From Syntrophorhabdaceae bacterium (GTDB lineage: Bacteria; Desulfobacterota; Syntrophorhabdia; Syntrophorhabdales; Syntrophorhabdaceae): a stretch of 64,000 nucleotides of DNA. The position numbers and the translations under genes were made by a program. Shown here in pieces: positions 18,229-28,369 of the stretch (the stretch's first letter is position 1; each line of letters begins with the position of its first letter). Location of the stretch: assembly GCA_963665295.1 (NCBI GenBank), contig OY762209.1:4864001-4928000 (forward strand). Direction: 5' to 3'. Under the pieces are notes generated by a model. That model was given only the letters and a program-made list of their open reading frames with translations. It was not told the origin of the DNA and searched no databases.

Positions 18229-19903
18229 GTCTCCATCCGGAAACCTAACCCCATGAAATATTTGCCCAAATCCCCACATTCCCCTGGAGTTTCGCCCCTC
18301 ATCTGAGGTACAATATGGTTGTAACAAGGCAATATCATTACCTAACGCCTTCAGAAAGGATTCCGGAATGCGCCAGAAATTCAACCCCCAGACAGGTCTC
18401 TTCTCCCCCATGATGCGCCATTCTATTGTAAAGGAGCTTCAGGAGATGTCAAAGGTCATAGACGCCAATCCCCGCCTTCTGGATCTGGTCTTCGGGGATA
18501 TGACCTCCTTCTGTCGCACCGACACGGGAAGAGAGGGGCTCACCGCGGAACAGGTGCTCCGGATCGCCATACTCAAGCAGTACCGCCAACTGACGTATGA
18601 AGAGCTTGCCTTCCACATGGAAGACTCCGACGCACTCCGCAGTTTCGCGAGATTGGAGATGGGACAGTACCCCTCCAAATCGGTCCTTCAGGAGAACATA
18701 AAGGCGATACGGGAAGAAACCTGGGAGGCGATCATTCAGGAAGTAAACCGCTACGCGGTAAAGGAGAAGATAGAATCCGGCCGCGTGGTAAGAGTAGACT
18801 CCACCACGGTGGAGACCAACATCCACCACCCCACCGACTCATCGCTCATCGTGGACGGCATCCGCGTCATTACCCGGTTACTCACCGAAGGGAAGGAGCT
18901 TGCTCCCGTGCCCCGGTATGCCTACAGTGACCATAGGAGAGTAGCCAAGAAGAAGCTCATGACGATCCTCAATGCAAAGAACGACAGAACACGGAAGAGC
19001 GCCTACAAGGACCTCCTCCACTATGCGAATCTCGTGAAGGGATATGCCGAAGAGGCGATCACCGAACTCATCCCCTACGAGGGCGATAATCTCATGGACA
19101 CCTTCGCTGCCCGCGAGCTTGCCCGGAGACTTGAACGCGCCGTGGGCATACTCGGGAAGGTCATCGACCAGACCGACCGGAGAGTCTTCAAGAACGAGAA
19201 GGTCCCCGCCTCCGAGAAGATCGTCTCTTTCTTCGAGGACCACACGGACATCATCGTGAAGGGGAGGAGGGATACCGAGTACGGCCATAAGGTGTTCCTT
19301 ACAGGAGGACGCTCCACCATGATCATCGGGTGTCTCATCGTCCCGGGCAACCCCGCTGATACCGACCAGTATCAATCCCTCCTTGAGCAGCATAAGGAGT
19401 GGTACGGGAAGATGCCTCGCCAAGTGACGGCCGACGGGGGCTTTGCCTCAAAAGAGAACCTCGCCTATGCGAAGGAGAACCATATCAAGGATGCCGTCTT
19501 CGCCAGAAAGAGGGGGCTCTCCATCCTCGACATGGCAAAGAGCACCTGGGTCTACAAGAAGCTCAGGAACTTCCGGGCGGGCATTGAAGCAGGCATCTCC
19601 ACATTGAAACGGTCCTTCGGCCTTGACCGGGCGACGTGGACAGGATGGGAAGGGTTTGCCCGGTACGTGCTCTCCAGTATCGTCTCCTACAATCTTCTCG
19701 TCATCGCCCGCATCAGGATGGCCTCATGATGAGAGAAGACTATTTTCTCAAGGGGACAAGGGTGAGCTACGCCCTGACTCTGGGGAAAACGGGCCCGATG
19801 GAGTGAAATCCGAAAAGGGATGACGGAATCACCGGACGGCTGAGCGCCCACCCTGGCAATAGACCGGGGGCTTGCTCGAAAATGGGGGTTTCCGGATGGA
19901 GAC
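18229..19903 (+). mobile_element. insertion sequence (ISNCY/IS5-like, probably ISDol1 group)
   Basis: perfect 17-bp terminal IRs GTCTCCATCCGGAAACC / GGTTTCCGGATGGAGAC; flanking direct repeat TATTTA (18223-18228, 19904-19909). Confidence 0.9.
18368..19729 (+). CDS. DDE transposase
   Basis: VRVDSTTVETNIHHPTDSSL, TADGGF, RNFRAGIEAGISTLKR. Confidence 0.93.
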   Translation: MRQKFNPQTGLFSPMMRHSIVKELQEMSKVIDANPRLLDLVFGDMTSFCRTDTGREGLTAEQVLRIAILKQYRQLTYEELAFHMEDSDALRSFARLEMGQYPSKSVLQENIKAIREETWEAIIQEVNRYAVKEKIESGRVVRVDSTTVETNIHHPTDSSLIVDGIRVITRLLTEGKELAPVPRYAYSDHRRVAKKKLMTILNAKNDRTRKSAYKDLLHYANLVKGYAEEAITELIPYEGDNLMDTFAARELARRLERAVGILGKVIDQTDRRVFKNEKVPASEKIVSFFEDHTDIIVKGRRDTEYGHKVFLTGGRSTMIIGCLIVPGNPADTDQYQSLLEQHKEWYGKMPRQVTADGGFASKENLAYAKENHIKDAVFARKRGLSILDMAKSTWVYKKLRNFRAGIEAGISTLKRSFGLDRATWTGWEGFARYVLSSIVSYNLLVIARIRMAS

Positions 19904-19996
19904 TATTTAAGAATTACAAAGCGCGACCGAAGATATGAGAAAGGGTGAAAGTATCAGGTCCCAAACCTAGCCCGAATCAATCAAGGAGGTTTTATA

Positions 19997-20455
19997 ATGA
20001 GAAAGGTTCTTGCGAGCCTATTAACGGCAGTCTTCTTTGTCCTTTGTTCGGTCTTCACAGTTCATGCTTATACGCTTGATGACGCAAAAGCGCTGGTTGA
20101 GAAGGCGGATGCCTATTTGAAGGCGAACGGAAAAGATAAGGCGATTGCCGAGTTCAACAACCCCAAGGGACAGTTCGTAAAGGGCGACTTGTACATAATC
20201 GCTCAGGACTACGATGGGGTAATGCTTGCAAACGGAGGGAATCCCAAGCTCCAAGGTCAAAACCATCTGGGATTGAAGGATTCGAGCGGCAAGGCGTTTG
20301 TCAAAGAGATGATTGAGGTGTCGAAAACCAAAGGCAGCGGCACGGTCGAGTATAACTGGACCAATCCCGTGACCAAGAAAATCCAGCCCAAAGTGACATA
20401 TCTCAAGAAGGTGGAGGGCGGGAATTTCTATATCGGCTGCGGCTACTTCAAATAA
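19997..20455 (+). CDS. secreted single Cache-domain protein
   Basis: signal peptide, FVKGDLYI, G.VEYNWTNP, KVTYLKKV; AAGGAGG SD. Confidence 0.88.
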   Translation: MRKVLASLLTAVFFVLCSVFTVHAYTLDDAKALVEKADAYLKANGKDKAIAEFNNPKGQFVKGDLYIIAQDYDGVMLANGGNPKLQGQNHLGLKDSSGKAFVKEMIEVSKTKGSGTVEYNWTNPVTKKIQPKVTYLKKVEGGNFYIGCGYFK

Positions 20456-20461
20456 GAGATG

Positions 20462-20488
20462 AGGGGAGAGGACGCCCTCCTCTCCCCT
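20462..20488. terminator. hairpin between convergent genes, probable terminator
   Basis: AGGGGAGAGG / CCTCTCCCCT stem. Confidence 0.5.
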
Positions 20489-20550
20489 GTCAAGCCCCGG
20501 TCAGATCATGTGAGTTGCTTCCTGTCTATGCTTTATCTGCCTATTTCCCC

Positions 20551-21648
20551 TCAAAGTCCCTTCTGTAGATTGACCAGCAGTCTATTGACGACCTCTGAAT
20601 GGGGGGAATGGAGTGTCTTAAATAGTTCCAGTGACTTCTGGTACATCTCTTCGGCTCTGTCGATATCTCCCCTGGTCTTGTACAGGATTCCGAGGTTACC
20701 GTAATCACTTGCCATGTTCTCTTTGTGTCCGAGGGCTGCGTTGATAGCCAAGGCCTTCTGGTACACTTTTTCGCCCATGTCAATGTCGCCCTTGGTCATA
20801 TACAGGATTCCGAGGTTATCGTAGTGCTTTGCCAGACCCTCTTTCCGTCCGAGGGCTGCATTGATGGCGAGGGCTTTCCGGTACATCTCTTCAGCCCGGT
20901 CAATGTCGCCTCTGGTCTTATACAGGATTCCGAGGTTACCGTATTGTTTTGCCAGCCCCTCTTTGCGTCCGAGCTCTTCATTGATGGCTATCGACTTCCG
21001 GTACATCTCCTCGGCCCGGTCAAGGTCGCCCAGGTTTTTGTACAGTATCCCGAGGTTACCGCATTGTCTTGCCATCCCTTCCTTGCACCCTACCGCTTCG
21101 CTGATGGCGAGCGCCTTTCTGCACATCTCTTCGGCCCGGTCAAGGTCGCCCTGGTTCCTATACAGGAATCCGAGATTGCTGTAAGCAGCGGCAGTGTCCG
21201 GCGATTTCCTGTCAGGGTCGCTCAAGGCCACCTGTCTCTCCAAAACATCCGATGCAGAGGACGAATCGCCTGTTTGATAAAAGAACTCATAGGCCAGTTG
21301 CAGGATGTGAACATTCGCAGTATCGGAAAGTACCTGGACAAATCTTTGCCTTGCAAGCTCCCGCAGGCCCTCTTTGGCAAGACTTGCCGCTTCTTCCGCC
21401 GCCTGCAATTGCAGTGATTCAGTTCTCAGGCGCGCCGCTTCGACCTCTCCTCCTGTCTCCTCAGCAACCCGGGCTTGACGGGACGTTTCTTCCCTTGCCT
21501 CATTTACCGCCTGTATTGCGTGCAACGGCAAGGCAACCGGGTCGCCTGCTTTATCAGCATTGCTAAGCTCTCCCTTCGCATATGTACGAAGATGAAGATC
21601 GGTCGTATCGACTAAAGTCTTTTCGCTATCATCGGATTTCATCGCCAA
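20551..21648 (-). CDS. TPR protein with about five tandem 40-aa repeats
   Basis: repeated YGNLGILYKTRGDIDRAEEMYRKALAIN..LGRKEG units. Confidence 0.85.
   Translation of the reverse strand: MAMKSDDSEKTLVDTTDLHLRTYAKGELSNADKAGDPVALPLHAIQAVNEAREETSRQARVAEETGGEVEAARLRTESLQLQAAEEAASLAKEGLRELARQRFVQVLSDTANVHILQLAYEFFYQTGDSSSASDVLERQVALSDPDRKSPDTAAAYSNLGFLYRNQGDLDRAEEMCRKALAISEAVGCKEGMARQCGNLGILYKNLGDLDRAEEMYRKSIAINEELGRKEGLAKQYGNLGILYKTRGDIDRAEEMYRKALAINAALGRKEGLAKHYDNLGILYMTKGDIDMGEKVYQKALAINAALGHKENMASDYGNLGILYKTRGDIDRAEEMYQKSLELFKTLHSPHSEVVNRLLVNLQKGL
20600..21185 (-). repeat. 120-bp coding tandem repeat (TPR units)
   Basis: TACAGGATTCCGAGGTTA recurs at 20681, 20801, 20921, with variants at 21041 and 21161. 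Confidence 0.85.
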
Positions 21649-22051
21649 AGTTCCCTCCTGACATTGATGTTCATTTCACGTGCTTTTCCGGTCATCTTTA
21701 TGAGAATGGTTCCCACTCACGTCTCCACTGCCCCTGTCCTTGATCCACCTTTCTCATCTTGCATAGAAAACCAAAAAAGGCAGCACTACGCAATCAGGGG
21801 TAGCCTGTTTTAGTCATGGGTGATACCATACCTTTGCCATAGGGGATCCCCCGATGGGGGATGGAGGGAAACGGGAGCGATGAAATGACCGCCCCACGAC
21901 CGGCGGAACACCCTTGATGGGCAATTGCGGTAATGCCTGAAAGCGCGCATCCGGGGCAGAAGTGCTATGGGGGGACTTCGCGGAGGGACCGCCGGTCTCA
22001 GGTATCAGCCGAAGAAACACGGGTCCTCGCGACACCGCAGACGACCGGAGT

Positions 22052-22810
22052 TCACCTTGAAACAACGGCCTCCGCTCCTGCGCCGTTCTCGTTGACCTGT
22101 CTCTCTTCTTTCAACGCGTACCTTTCATCCAGTACGAACTCGGCCAAAACACCCTTGCCGGCTCTGCGAGAAATACGTAGGGTGAAACGAATTCGATTGT
22201 TTCCTGTGGGTTTGTCTTTGACACAGTTCCGTAAATTGTCCGGGGCACGATAGAGCGCCGGCTTCCCGCTTCTCAGACCCCGTATCTTGCCGCTAAGGAC
22301 AAATTGCCATGATCCGACGTCCTTGATCAGTTGCCGGTATTCAGCAACACCGATTGAGTTGAATGAAAAGGAGTATTTGTTGCTCAAGGGCTGTTCCGCG
22401 ATTGCAAGCGTGGGGACTCCCGCATCGTCGGATAGGATATTACCCTTATTCCCTTGTAAGGCGGCCAGGCGACGAAGGTCTCCGCCCGAGGACAACACGG
22501 ATAGCAATTCGGCAAATCCGTCTTCCGGGAAGATCGTGAGAACCCTGCTTGATTCATCATAAGAATGATCAGCCCTTCCCTGGTAGCTATACCGTACGGT
22601 AGAGCCGCATATCTTCCCCGCATCCTCCGCCGGTGCATAATACCACCAGTTAATACTCTTGTAGAGCAATGTCTCGTGCCCATCCAGAAAGTATCTTTCA
22701 CTTGCCCATACTTGCGGGCCGACAAACAACAGAAAGAACAGGCAGACGCAAATGGCGGCAATGGCTTTCCCGCCCAAAATCAGACCAGTGTCCTGATGAT
22801 CACTCTGCAA
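22052..22810 (-). CDS. hypothetical exported protein
   Basis: GGAG SD, TTG start, signal-peptide-like N-terminus; follows DUF1566 gene. Confidence 0.6.
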   Translation of the reverse strand: MQSDHQDTGLILGGKAIAAICVCLFFLLFVGPQVWASERYFLDGHETLLYKSINWWYYAPAEDAGKICGSTVRYSYQGRADHSYDESSRVLTIFPEDGFAELLSVLSSGGDLRRLAALQGNKGNILSDDAGVPTLAIAEQPLSNKYSFSFNSIGVAEYRQLIKDVGSWQFVLSGKIRGLRSGKPALYRAPDNLRNCVKDKPTGNNRIRFTLRISRRAGKGVLAEFVLDERYALKEERQVNENGAGAEAVVSR

Positions 22811-22846
22811 ACGACCATCTCCGATCGGGCCGTATGCACATTCCTG

Positions 22847-23359
22847 TCACCGTCTTGCGTTGCGAACAGGACGAACCGCCATGACAAACCCTTCGCTATG
22901 GGCATCTACCTCACCGTTCATGAAATCAACGTAGTAAAAGAGGGTGGGCAATTTGTCCATCCTGGTGGCGCTCCAATATTGAGATCCCTTGTCCGATCTT
23001 TTTACATCCGGAAATACTGCGGAATCTATGGCAGGTTTCGAACATTCTCTTTCAACGATGCCCTGCAGTTCTTCAATGGTTGGAATGCGCCACCCCTTGC
23101 CGAGCTTTTGCACATGTCCCCTGGCCTCCTCAAGGGTCATCGCCTTTGGTGCGCCGATGCACCCCATTCCCTTTTTCCATGCAGTTCCGAGGCTGCAGCG
23201 GCTCCAAATCAATTCTGTTGTCAAATCAAGTGCTTCACCCCCGGTGAGCTTGAACCGTGCCGTGGGAGCATTCCCGGACCCGGGCGCGTGGCAGTCACCA
23301 AATGCAAAACCCGGGTAAAGCAGCAGAAAAATGACAAGACATGCCATGGGTCGTACCAT
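22847..23359 (-). CDS. DUF1566 (Lcl C-terminal) domain secreted protein
   Basis: DLTTELIWSRC, GWRIPTIEEL, YWSAT, AVRPVR. Confidence 0.85.
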   Translation of the reverse strand: MVRPMACLVIFLLLYPGFAFGDCHAPGSGNAPTARFKLTGGEALDLTTELIWSRCSLGTAWKKGMGCIGAPKAMTLEEARGHVQKLGKGWRIPTIEELQGIVERECSKPAIDSAVFPDVKRSDKGSQYWSATRMDKLPTLFYYVDFMNGEVDAHSEGFVMAVRPVRNARR

Positions 23360-23375
23360 GGGACCCCTCCGGGGA

Positions 23376-24251
23376 TTACCGGTTTATGAAGATGTCGGTT
23401 ATGGAGAAGACAAAGAACAGGATGCTCACCATGCCGTTTACGGTGAAGAATGCCGTGTTGATCCTTGCCAGACCGTACCTCCTCACAGTCAGGTGTTCAT
23501 AGAAGAGGAAGGCTGAGATGAGGGCAAGGCCACCATAATAGAGAGCCCCCATCTTTCCCGCAACGCCCGCGAAGACAAAGATCGACATGGTGAGGACGTG
23601 GAGCATTGCAGTGATAGTGAGTGACCGTTTGACGCCGAAGCGGACCGGGATGGACGCGAGCCCTTCCCTTCTGTCGAATTCAACATCCTGAAGGGCATAG
23701 ATTATATCGAAACCCGCGACCCAGAATGTCACGCCCAGGCAGAGGAGAACGCTTACAAGAGGGACTTCTTCCGATACCGCAACCCACACCCCCATGGGAC
23801 TCAGGCCCAGGCTCAGACCCAGGATGAAGTGGGAAAGCCAGGTAAACCTCTTGAGAAAAGAATAGCCGAAAAGTACGGGCAATACGGTAAAGGAAAGGAG
23901 AAACGCGACCCTGTTGAGCATCCAGGCACAGAAGAGAAAAAGTATGGACATGAAGATGGTGAAGACCCACGCCTCCCTCACGCTCACCTTTCCCGACTGA
24001 AGTGGCCTGCCGCTCGTCCGCGGGTTCTTCAGGTCATAGGTATAATCGACAATCCTGTTGAAGGCCATGCTCGCGCTCCTGGCCGAAACCATGCACGCGA
24101 TGATCCAGCAGGTCTTCGTCACTTCCGGGGCGCCGCCGTAGACCATGAAAAGGGCCATCATGGCGAAGGGGAGCGCGAAGATGCTGTGCTCGAATTTTAT
24201 AAGCTCGATGATGCCTGTGATCCTTCCGCCTACAGCCCTAACTGACTCCAT
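23376..24251 (-). CDS. UbiA-family polyprenyltransferase (MqnP-like)
   Basis: IKFEHSIFALPF, ARSASMAFNRIVD..D.KNPRT..RPL, GFDIIYALQD.EFD. Confidence 0.9.
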   Translation of the reverse strand: MESVRAVGGRITGIIELIKFEHSIFALPFAMMALFMVYGGAPEVTKTCWIIACMVSARSASMAFNRIVDYTYDLKNPRTSGRPLQSGKVSVREAWVFTIFMSILFLFCAWMLNRVAFLLSFTVLPVLFGYSFLKRFTWLSHFILGLSLGLSPMGVWVAVSEEVPLVSVLLCLGVTFWVAGFDIIYALQDVEFDRREGLASIPVRFGVKRSLTITAMLHVLTMSIFVFAGVAGKMGALYYGGLALISAFLFYEHLTVRRYGLARINTAFFTVNGMVSILFFVFSITDIFINR

Positions 24252-25666
24252 ATCCCGTCAATCCTCTTTATCGTTTCTTCGTCCATCACCGCACGTGCGG
24301 GCCAGGGCCGGTTAAGTCCCTCTTCCTTCAATTTCTTTGTGGCATCGATGCCCATCTTGCCCCCGAACCCTTCCTGGAGTGAGGCATGATCGAGGATGTC
24401 GGTGGGCCCCTTCTTTATGACCACGTCCCGCAAGGGGTCTATGTTGCTTCCAAGGTGAAAGAGCACCTCCTGAAGGTCGTGGACGTCCACATCGCGGTCG
24501 AACACGACGATTACCTTCATCACCGACATCTGTCCGAGCCCCCAGAGACTGTCCATTACCTTGTAGGCCTGCCCGGGATATCTTTTATCGATGGAAACGA
24601 AGGCAAAATTATGGAAAACCCCTGCCTCCGGAAGTTCTATATCCCGTATCTCGGGGATCACGAATTTCATAAGAGGCAGAAAAAGTTTCTCCGTCAGTTT
24701 CCCGATGATCACATCCTCCAGGGGCGGCCATCCTACCGCAGTAGAGGTATACACCGGGTCCTGGTTCAGGGTGATGGCCTGAACGTTAAAAATGGGAAAC
24801 GGCCGTTCCGGGGTATAGTAGCCGGTATGGTCGCCGAAAGGACCTTCCACAAAAGACTCGCCTTCCTCTATGTAGCCTTCTAGTACAATCTGGCTCTCCG
24901 CAGGCACGTTGATGTCCACGGTTTTACATTTCACCGTCTCAACGGACCGGTCCATCAGCAAGCCCGCGAGGAGAAGCTCGCTCACGTCCGGCGGCAGGGG
25001 CGCGGTTGCGGAATAGATTACCGCCGGTTCACACCCGATGGCGCACGCCGCCTCCAGCCTTTTCCCGCTTTCCTTTGCCCGCTGGTAATGGACGTCACCC
25101 CCCTTCGAGGGGTGCCAGTGCATTGCCGTCCTTGTCCTGTCTATAATCTGCATCCTGTACATGCCGAGATTCTGTTTGCCCGTAAAGGGGTCCTTCGTGA
25201 TCACCACGGGCAGGGTGATAAACCTTCCCGCGTCGTCAGGCCACGATTTCATGACGGGTAATGCGTTAAGGTCGATGTTTCCGCCTTCGAGGACGCGTTG
25301 CTGACAGGCGCCCTTTTTCACGGTCTTGGGCAGTATACCCGCAAAATCCTTCAGTTTCCACAAGGCCCGCGCCTTGTCGATCAAGCCCGTGGGCTGCCCC
25401 ATTTCAAGGAGAGGCTCGATCCTGCCGAGTAATTCCTTCTCCGATGTGACACCGAATATATCCCACACCCGTTCCCAGGTCCCGAACATGTTTATCAGGA
25501 GGGGAAACCGCGTGTCCAATACGTTTTCAAAAAGGAGGGCCGGGCCCTTCTCACGGAAGACCCTTCGGCATATCTCCGTAATCTCCAGGTCCCTGCTTAC
25601 GGGCTGGTGGATTCTTTTGAGAACGCCCTTGCCTTCCCATAGTTTGATGAGGCTCTTTAAATCCAT
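24230..25666 (-). CDS. UbiD-family menaquinone biosynthesis decarboxylase (MqnL-like)
   Basis: NLGMYRMQ, EGPFGDHTGYY, GGKMGIDATKK. Confidence 0.92.
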   Translation of the reverse strand: MDLKSLIKLWEGKGVLKRIHQPVSRDLEITEICRRVFREKGPALLFENVLDTRFPLLINMFGTWERVWDIFGVTSEKELLGRIEPLLEMGQPTGLIDKARALWKLKDFAGILPKTVKKGACQQRVLEGGNIDLNALPVMKSWPDDAGRFITLPVVITKDPFTGKQNLGMYRMQIIDRTRTAMHWHPSKGGDVHYQRAKESGKRLEAACAIGCEPAVIYSATAPLPPDVSELLLAGLLMDRSVETVKCKTVDINVPAESQIVLEGYIEEGESFVEGPFGDHTGYYTPERPFPIFNVQAITLNQDPVYTSTAVGWPPLEDVIIGKLTEKLFLPLMKFVIPEIRDIELPEAGVFHNFAFVSIDKRYPGQAYKVMDSLWGLGQMSVMKVIVVFDRDVDVHDLQEVLFHLGSNIDPLRDVVIKKGPTDILDHASLQEGFGGKMGIDATKKLKEEGLNRPWPARAVMDEETIKRIDGIWSQLGL

Positions 25667-25941
25667 ATTTCTCTTCCTCGATCCGGGCGGATTGATTATC
25701 GGGCGCCCGCGAGCGCCCTTTTTCCGTCGTCCTTGATATACCACCACGAATTTTAAGGGAAAATCAACAGAAAAACATAGCAGGGCGATCTCGCCGGAGC
25801 AGTGACGGCGTCCGGGCCCATGGGGCCCTCCCGGCTATCTCTATGCTTTTTACGCCCTTACCGCCTTCCAATCTGGTATAATGAACCATAACATACGTGG
25901 CAACGCCCTTGAGGGGGCGCATGCAGGAGGAAGGGCCGGAA

Positions 25942-26529
25942 ATGGCGGGGAACGATGTGAAGGGCAAGGAAAGAGTGAAGAAGTTGATCGTGGGAATAAC
26001 CGGGTCCTCGGGGGCGATCTACGGCATCAGGCTCCTCGAAGTGCTGCGGCGGCCGGACGTGGAGACCCACCTCATTATTTCGGAAGCAGGCAGGAAGAAT
26101 ATCGTCATCGAAACCCATTATACGGTCGAAGAGGTGGAGAAACTTGCAGGCAAGGTGTACGGCCCCGGCCAACTGGAGGCTCCCATATCGAGCGGTTCCT
26201 TCATGACCGACGGCATGGTCATTGCCCCCTGCACAATAAAGACCCTTTCGGCGGTAGCCCATTCCTACAATGACAACCTCATTGTGAGGGCCGCGGACGT
26301 GTGTCTGAAGGAGAGGCGGGACCTTGTACTCGTGGTCCGCGAAACCCCCCTCCACAAAGGTCACCTCGACCTGATGAGCCGCGTCGCCGACCTCGGAGGG
26401 ATTATCCTCCCCCCCGTTCCCGCATTCTATTATGCGCCGAAGACCATCGAAGAACTTATCGACCATACGGTAGGGAAGATCCTGGACCTTCTCCATATAG
26501 ACCATTGGCTTTTCAAAAGATGGGAATAA
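25942..26529 (+). CDS. ubiX: flavin prenyltransferase UbiX
   Basis: VGITGSSGAIYG, APISSGSF, RAADVCLKERR.LVLVVRETP; start uncertain (25942 or 25975). Confidence 0.93.
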   Translation: MAGNDVKGKERVKKLIVGITGSSGAIYGIRLLEVLRRPDVETHLIISEAGRKNIVIETHYTVEEVEKLAGKVYGPGQLEAPISSGSFMTDGMVIAPCTIKTLSAVAHSYNDNLIVRAADVCLKERRDLVLVVRETPLHKGHLDLMSRVADLGGIILPPVPAFYYAPKTIEELIDHTVGKILDLLHIDHWLFKRWE

Positions 26530-26637
26530 CCCGGAAGGTGCCCGACCGGCGACAAGGCCGGAAGGGTTGAGGCTACGGCGAAGTTTGCGTTGAATATGGA
26601 ATAATACCTGTGTGATACTAAAGGAGAGACTGAACCT

Positions 26638-27261
26638 ATGGGCCTTTTAAAACTTTTATTCAGCGACCCCCTGACCTTTGTGCTCGTGGCAATACCCTTG
26701 CTCTATTCCATCATCCTCCACGAACTTGCCCACGGGTGGGTTGCAAGCAAGATGGGCGATCCCACCGCGAAGTGGCTCGGCAGGCTCACGCTCAATCCCA
26801 TAAACCACCTTGACCCCATCGGAACGGCCATGCTTTTCATCTTCGGCTTCGGCTGGGCCAAGCCGGTGCCCGTCAATTTCAACAACCTCCATCCCTTTCG
26901 CAGGGGACTGATCTTCGTCGCCTCCGCCGGAATCGTGACGAACATTCTGCTTGCCTTTATCGCCTTATTTCTTCTGCGTTATCTGACGCTGAGCAGTGTC
27001 GACGCGATCCACACCCTTCTCTATTATATGGCGCAGATAAATGTGATGCTCGCCGCTTTCAACCTGATCCCGATCCCCCCTCTCGACGGGTCCAAGATCC
27101 TCATGGGGTTCGCGTCGAGAAAGCTCCAGTACTCAATGTCCCGGCTCGAACCGTACGGTTTCTTTATAATCCTCGGCGCCCTCTACCTCGGCGTCCTGAA
27201 CCCGCTTATCCGCTTCATCGAATGGCTGATCCTGTCGTTCATAAGCGTATTGATGCCCTGA
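26638..27261 (+). CDS. site-2 protease (M50)
   Basis: HELAHG, FNLIPIPPLDG. Confidence 0.92.
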   Translation: MGLLKLLFSDPLTFVLVAIPLLYSIILHELAHGWVASKMGDPTAKWLGRLTLNPINHLDPIGTAMLFIFGFGWAKPVPVNFNNLHPFRRGLIFVASAGIVTNILLAFIALFLLRYLTLSSVDAIHTLLYYMAQINVMLAAFNLIPIPPLDGSKILMGFASRKLQYSMSRLEPYGFFIILGALYLGVLNPLIRFIEWLILSFISVLMP

Positions 27262-27288
27262 GACGCACGATTCTCGATCCGGAACCGT

Positions 27289-28239
27289 TCATCCCGACGG
27301 GAAGGTATATTTCGTCCCCGCAGTACTGAGGATAAACCGGTCCTTCATCTCGCGGGCGATAAGGGCGGTCGCCTCAAATCCGGTGCAGTGGGTGGGGATC
27401 ACGTAGTCCGGGTTCATCTCCGCCATGTCCCGCACGGTCCGCTCAATTACACGGGAATCCGCATTGACAAGGTGGAACCCGCCTATCAGGGCATGAACCT
27501 TTTCAACACCTGTGATCTTCCGGGCGTGCGTCACGGTGTTCATGATGCCCGCATGGGCGCACCCGGAGATGACCACCAGCCCCTTGCCCTTCACAATACA
27601 GACAAGTGCCTGCTCTCCCGTGAAAGGGTCCGCTTCCAGCCCGTGCCCCCTCTCAATCAGGAGACTCGCGGCGCACTTCTCGTACTCCGTAACCCTTTCG
27701 ATATTCCCTGTCATGGCGAGGCCTTCCATCACCCTGGCAGGCTCCCGGATTTCGATTACCCTTACCGCATCGAGGGCCTCTATCTCCTCCCTGCTCAACT
27801 GTCCGATATCATGGGGTTCCGGATCCTGAGGATACATCACGAACCGGCGCGCGAAGGCCTCACCGCCCACGTACAGAGGAGTCCCCCTGCGTATTCCCGG
27901 GCGGAAATATTTCAGCAAGTCCGTGAGCCCGCCCCAGTGGTCGAAGTGGCCGTGGCTCAATCCGAACGCGGTGACCGTGGCCGGGTCCAGGCCAAGAAAC
28001 TCCAGGTTTCCCCTTATCCCCTGAAAATCCAGCCCGTAATCGAACATAAAGGAGTGGGACTTGCCGTCGATAACAGTCTCGATGAAGAAGGCCAACCCGT
28101 GCTCCGCATGGATGGACAATCCCGGCGCGACGCGGGCCCTTTGTGCGACCGCCGTGTCGGGACGCAGGGTATCATAATAATTATCGGTAATTACCGTAAC
28201 CATCAGGGCGTCCACGCCCTCATATGCTCCTTTATCCAT
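27289..28239 (-). CDS. MBL-fold metallohydrolase
   Basis: AEHGL, SHGHFDHWGG, SGCAHAG, GGFHL, PTHCTG. Confidence 0.88.
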   Translation of the reverse strand: MDKGAYEGVDALMVTVITDNYYDTLRPDTAVAQRARVAPGLSIHAEHGLAFFIETVIDGKSHSFMFDYGLDFQGIRGNLEFLGLDPATVTAFGLSHGHFDHWGGLTDLLKYFRPGIRRGTPLYVGGEAFARRFVMYPQDPEPHDIGQLSREEIEALDAVRVIEIREPARVMEGLAMTGNIERVTEYEKCAASLLIERGHGLEADPFTGEQALVCIVKGKGLVVISGCAHAGIMNTVTHARKITGVEKVHALIGGFHLVNADSRVIERTVRDMAEMNPDYVIPTHCTGFEATALIAREMKDRFILSTAGTKYTFPSG

Positions 28240-28369
28240 ATCCACACCCCCTTTGCCGGTTTATTCACGCAATTATATGCCCAGCCCCGTCCCATTGCAA
28301 CAGGGAGATCGAAACGGACGCCTCAAAAAATGCTTGATTCCGGAAGGCCGACCTGCTCTAATTAGAGAA

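Noticed and set aside
20600..21185. Regular repeat considered as CRISPR or DGR template
   Set aside because: In-frame coding TPR units; no spacers, cas genes or reverse transcriptase
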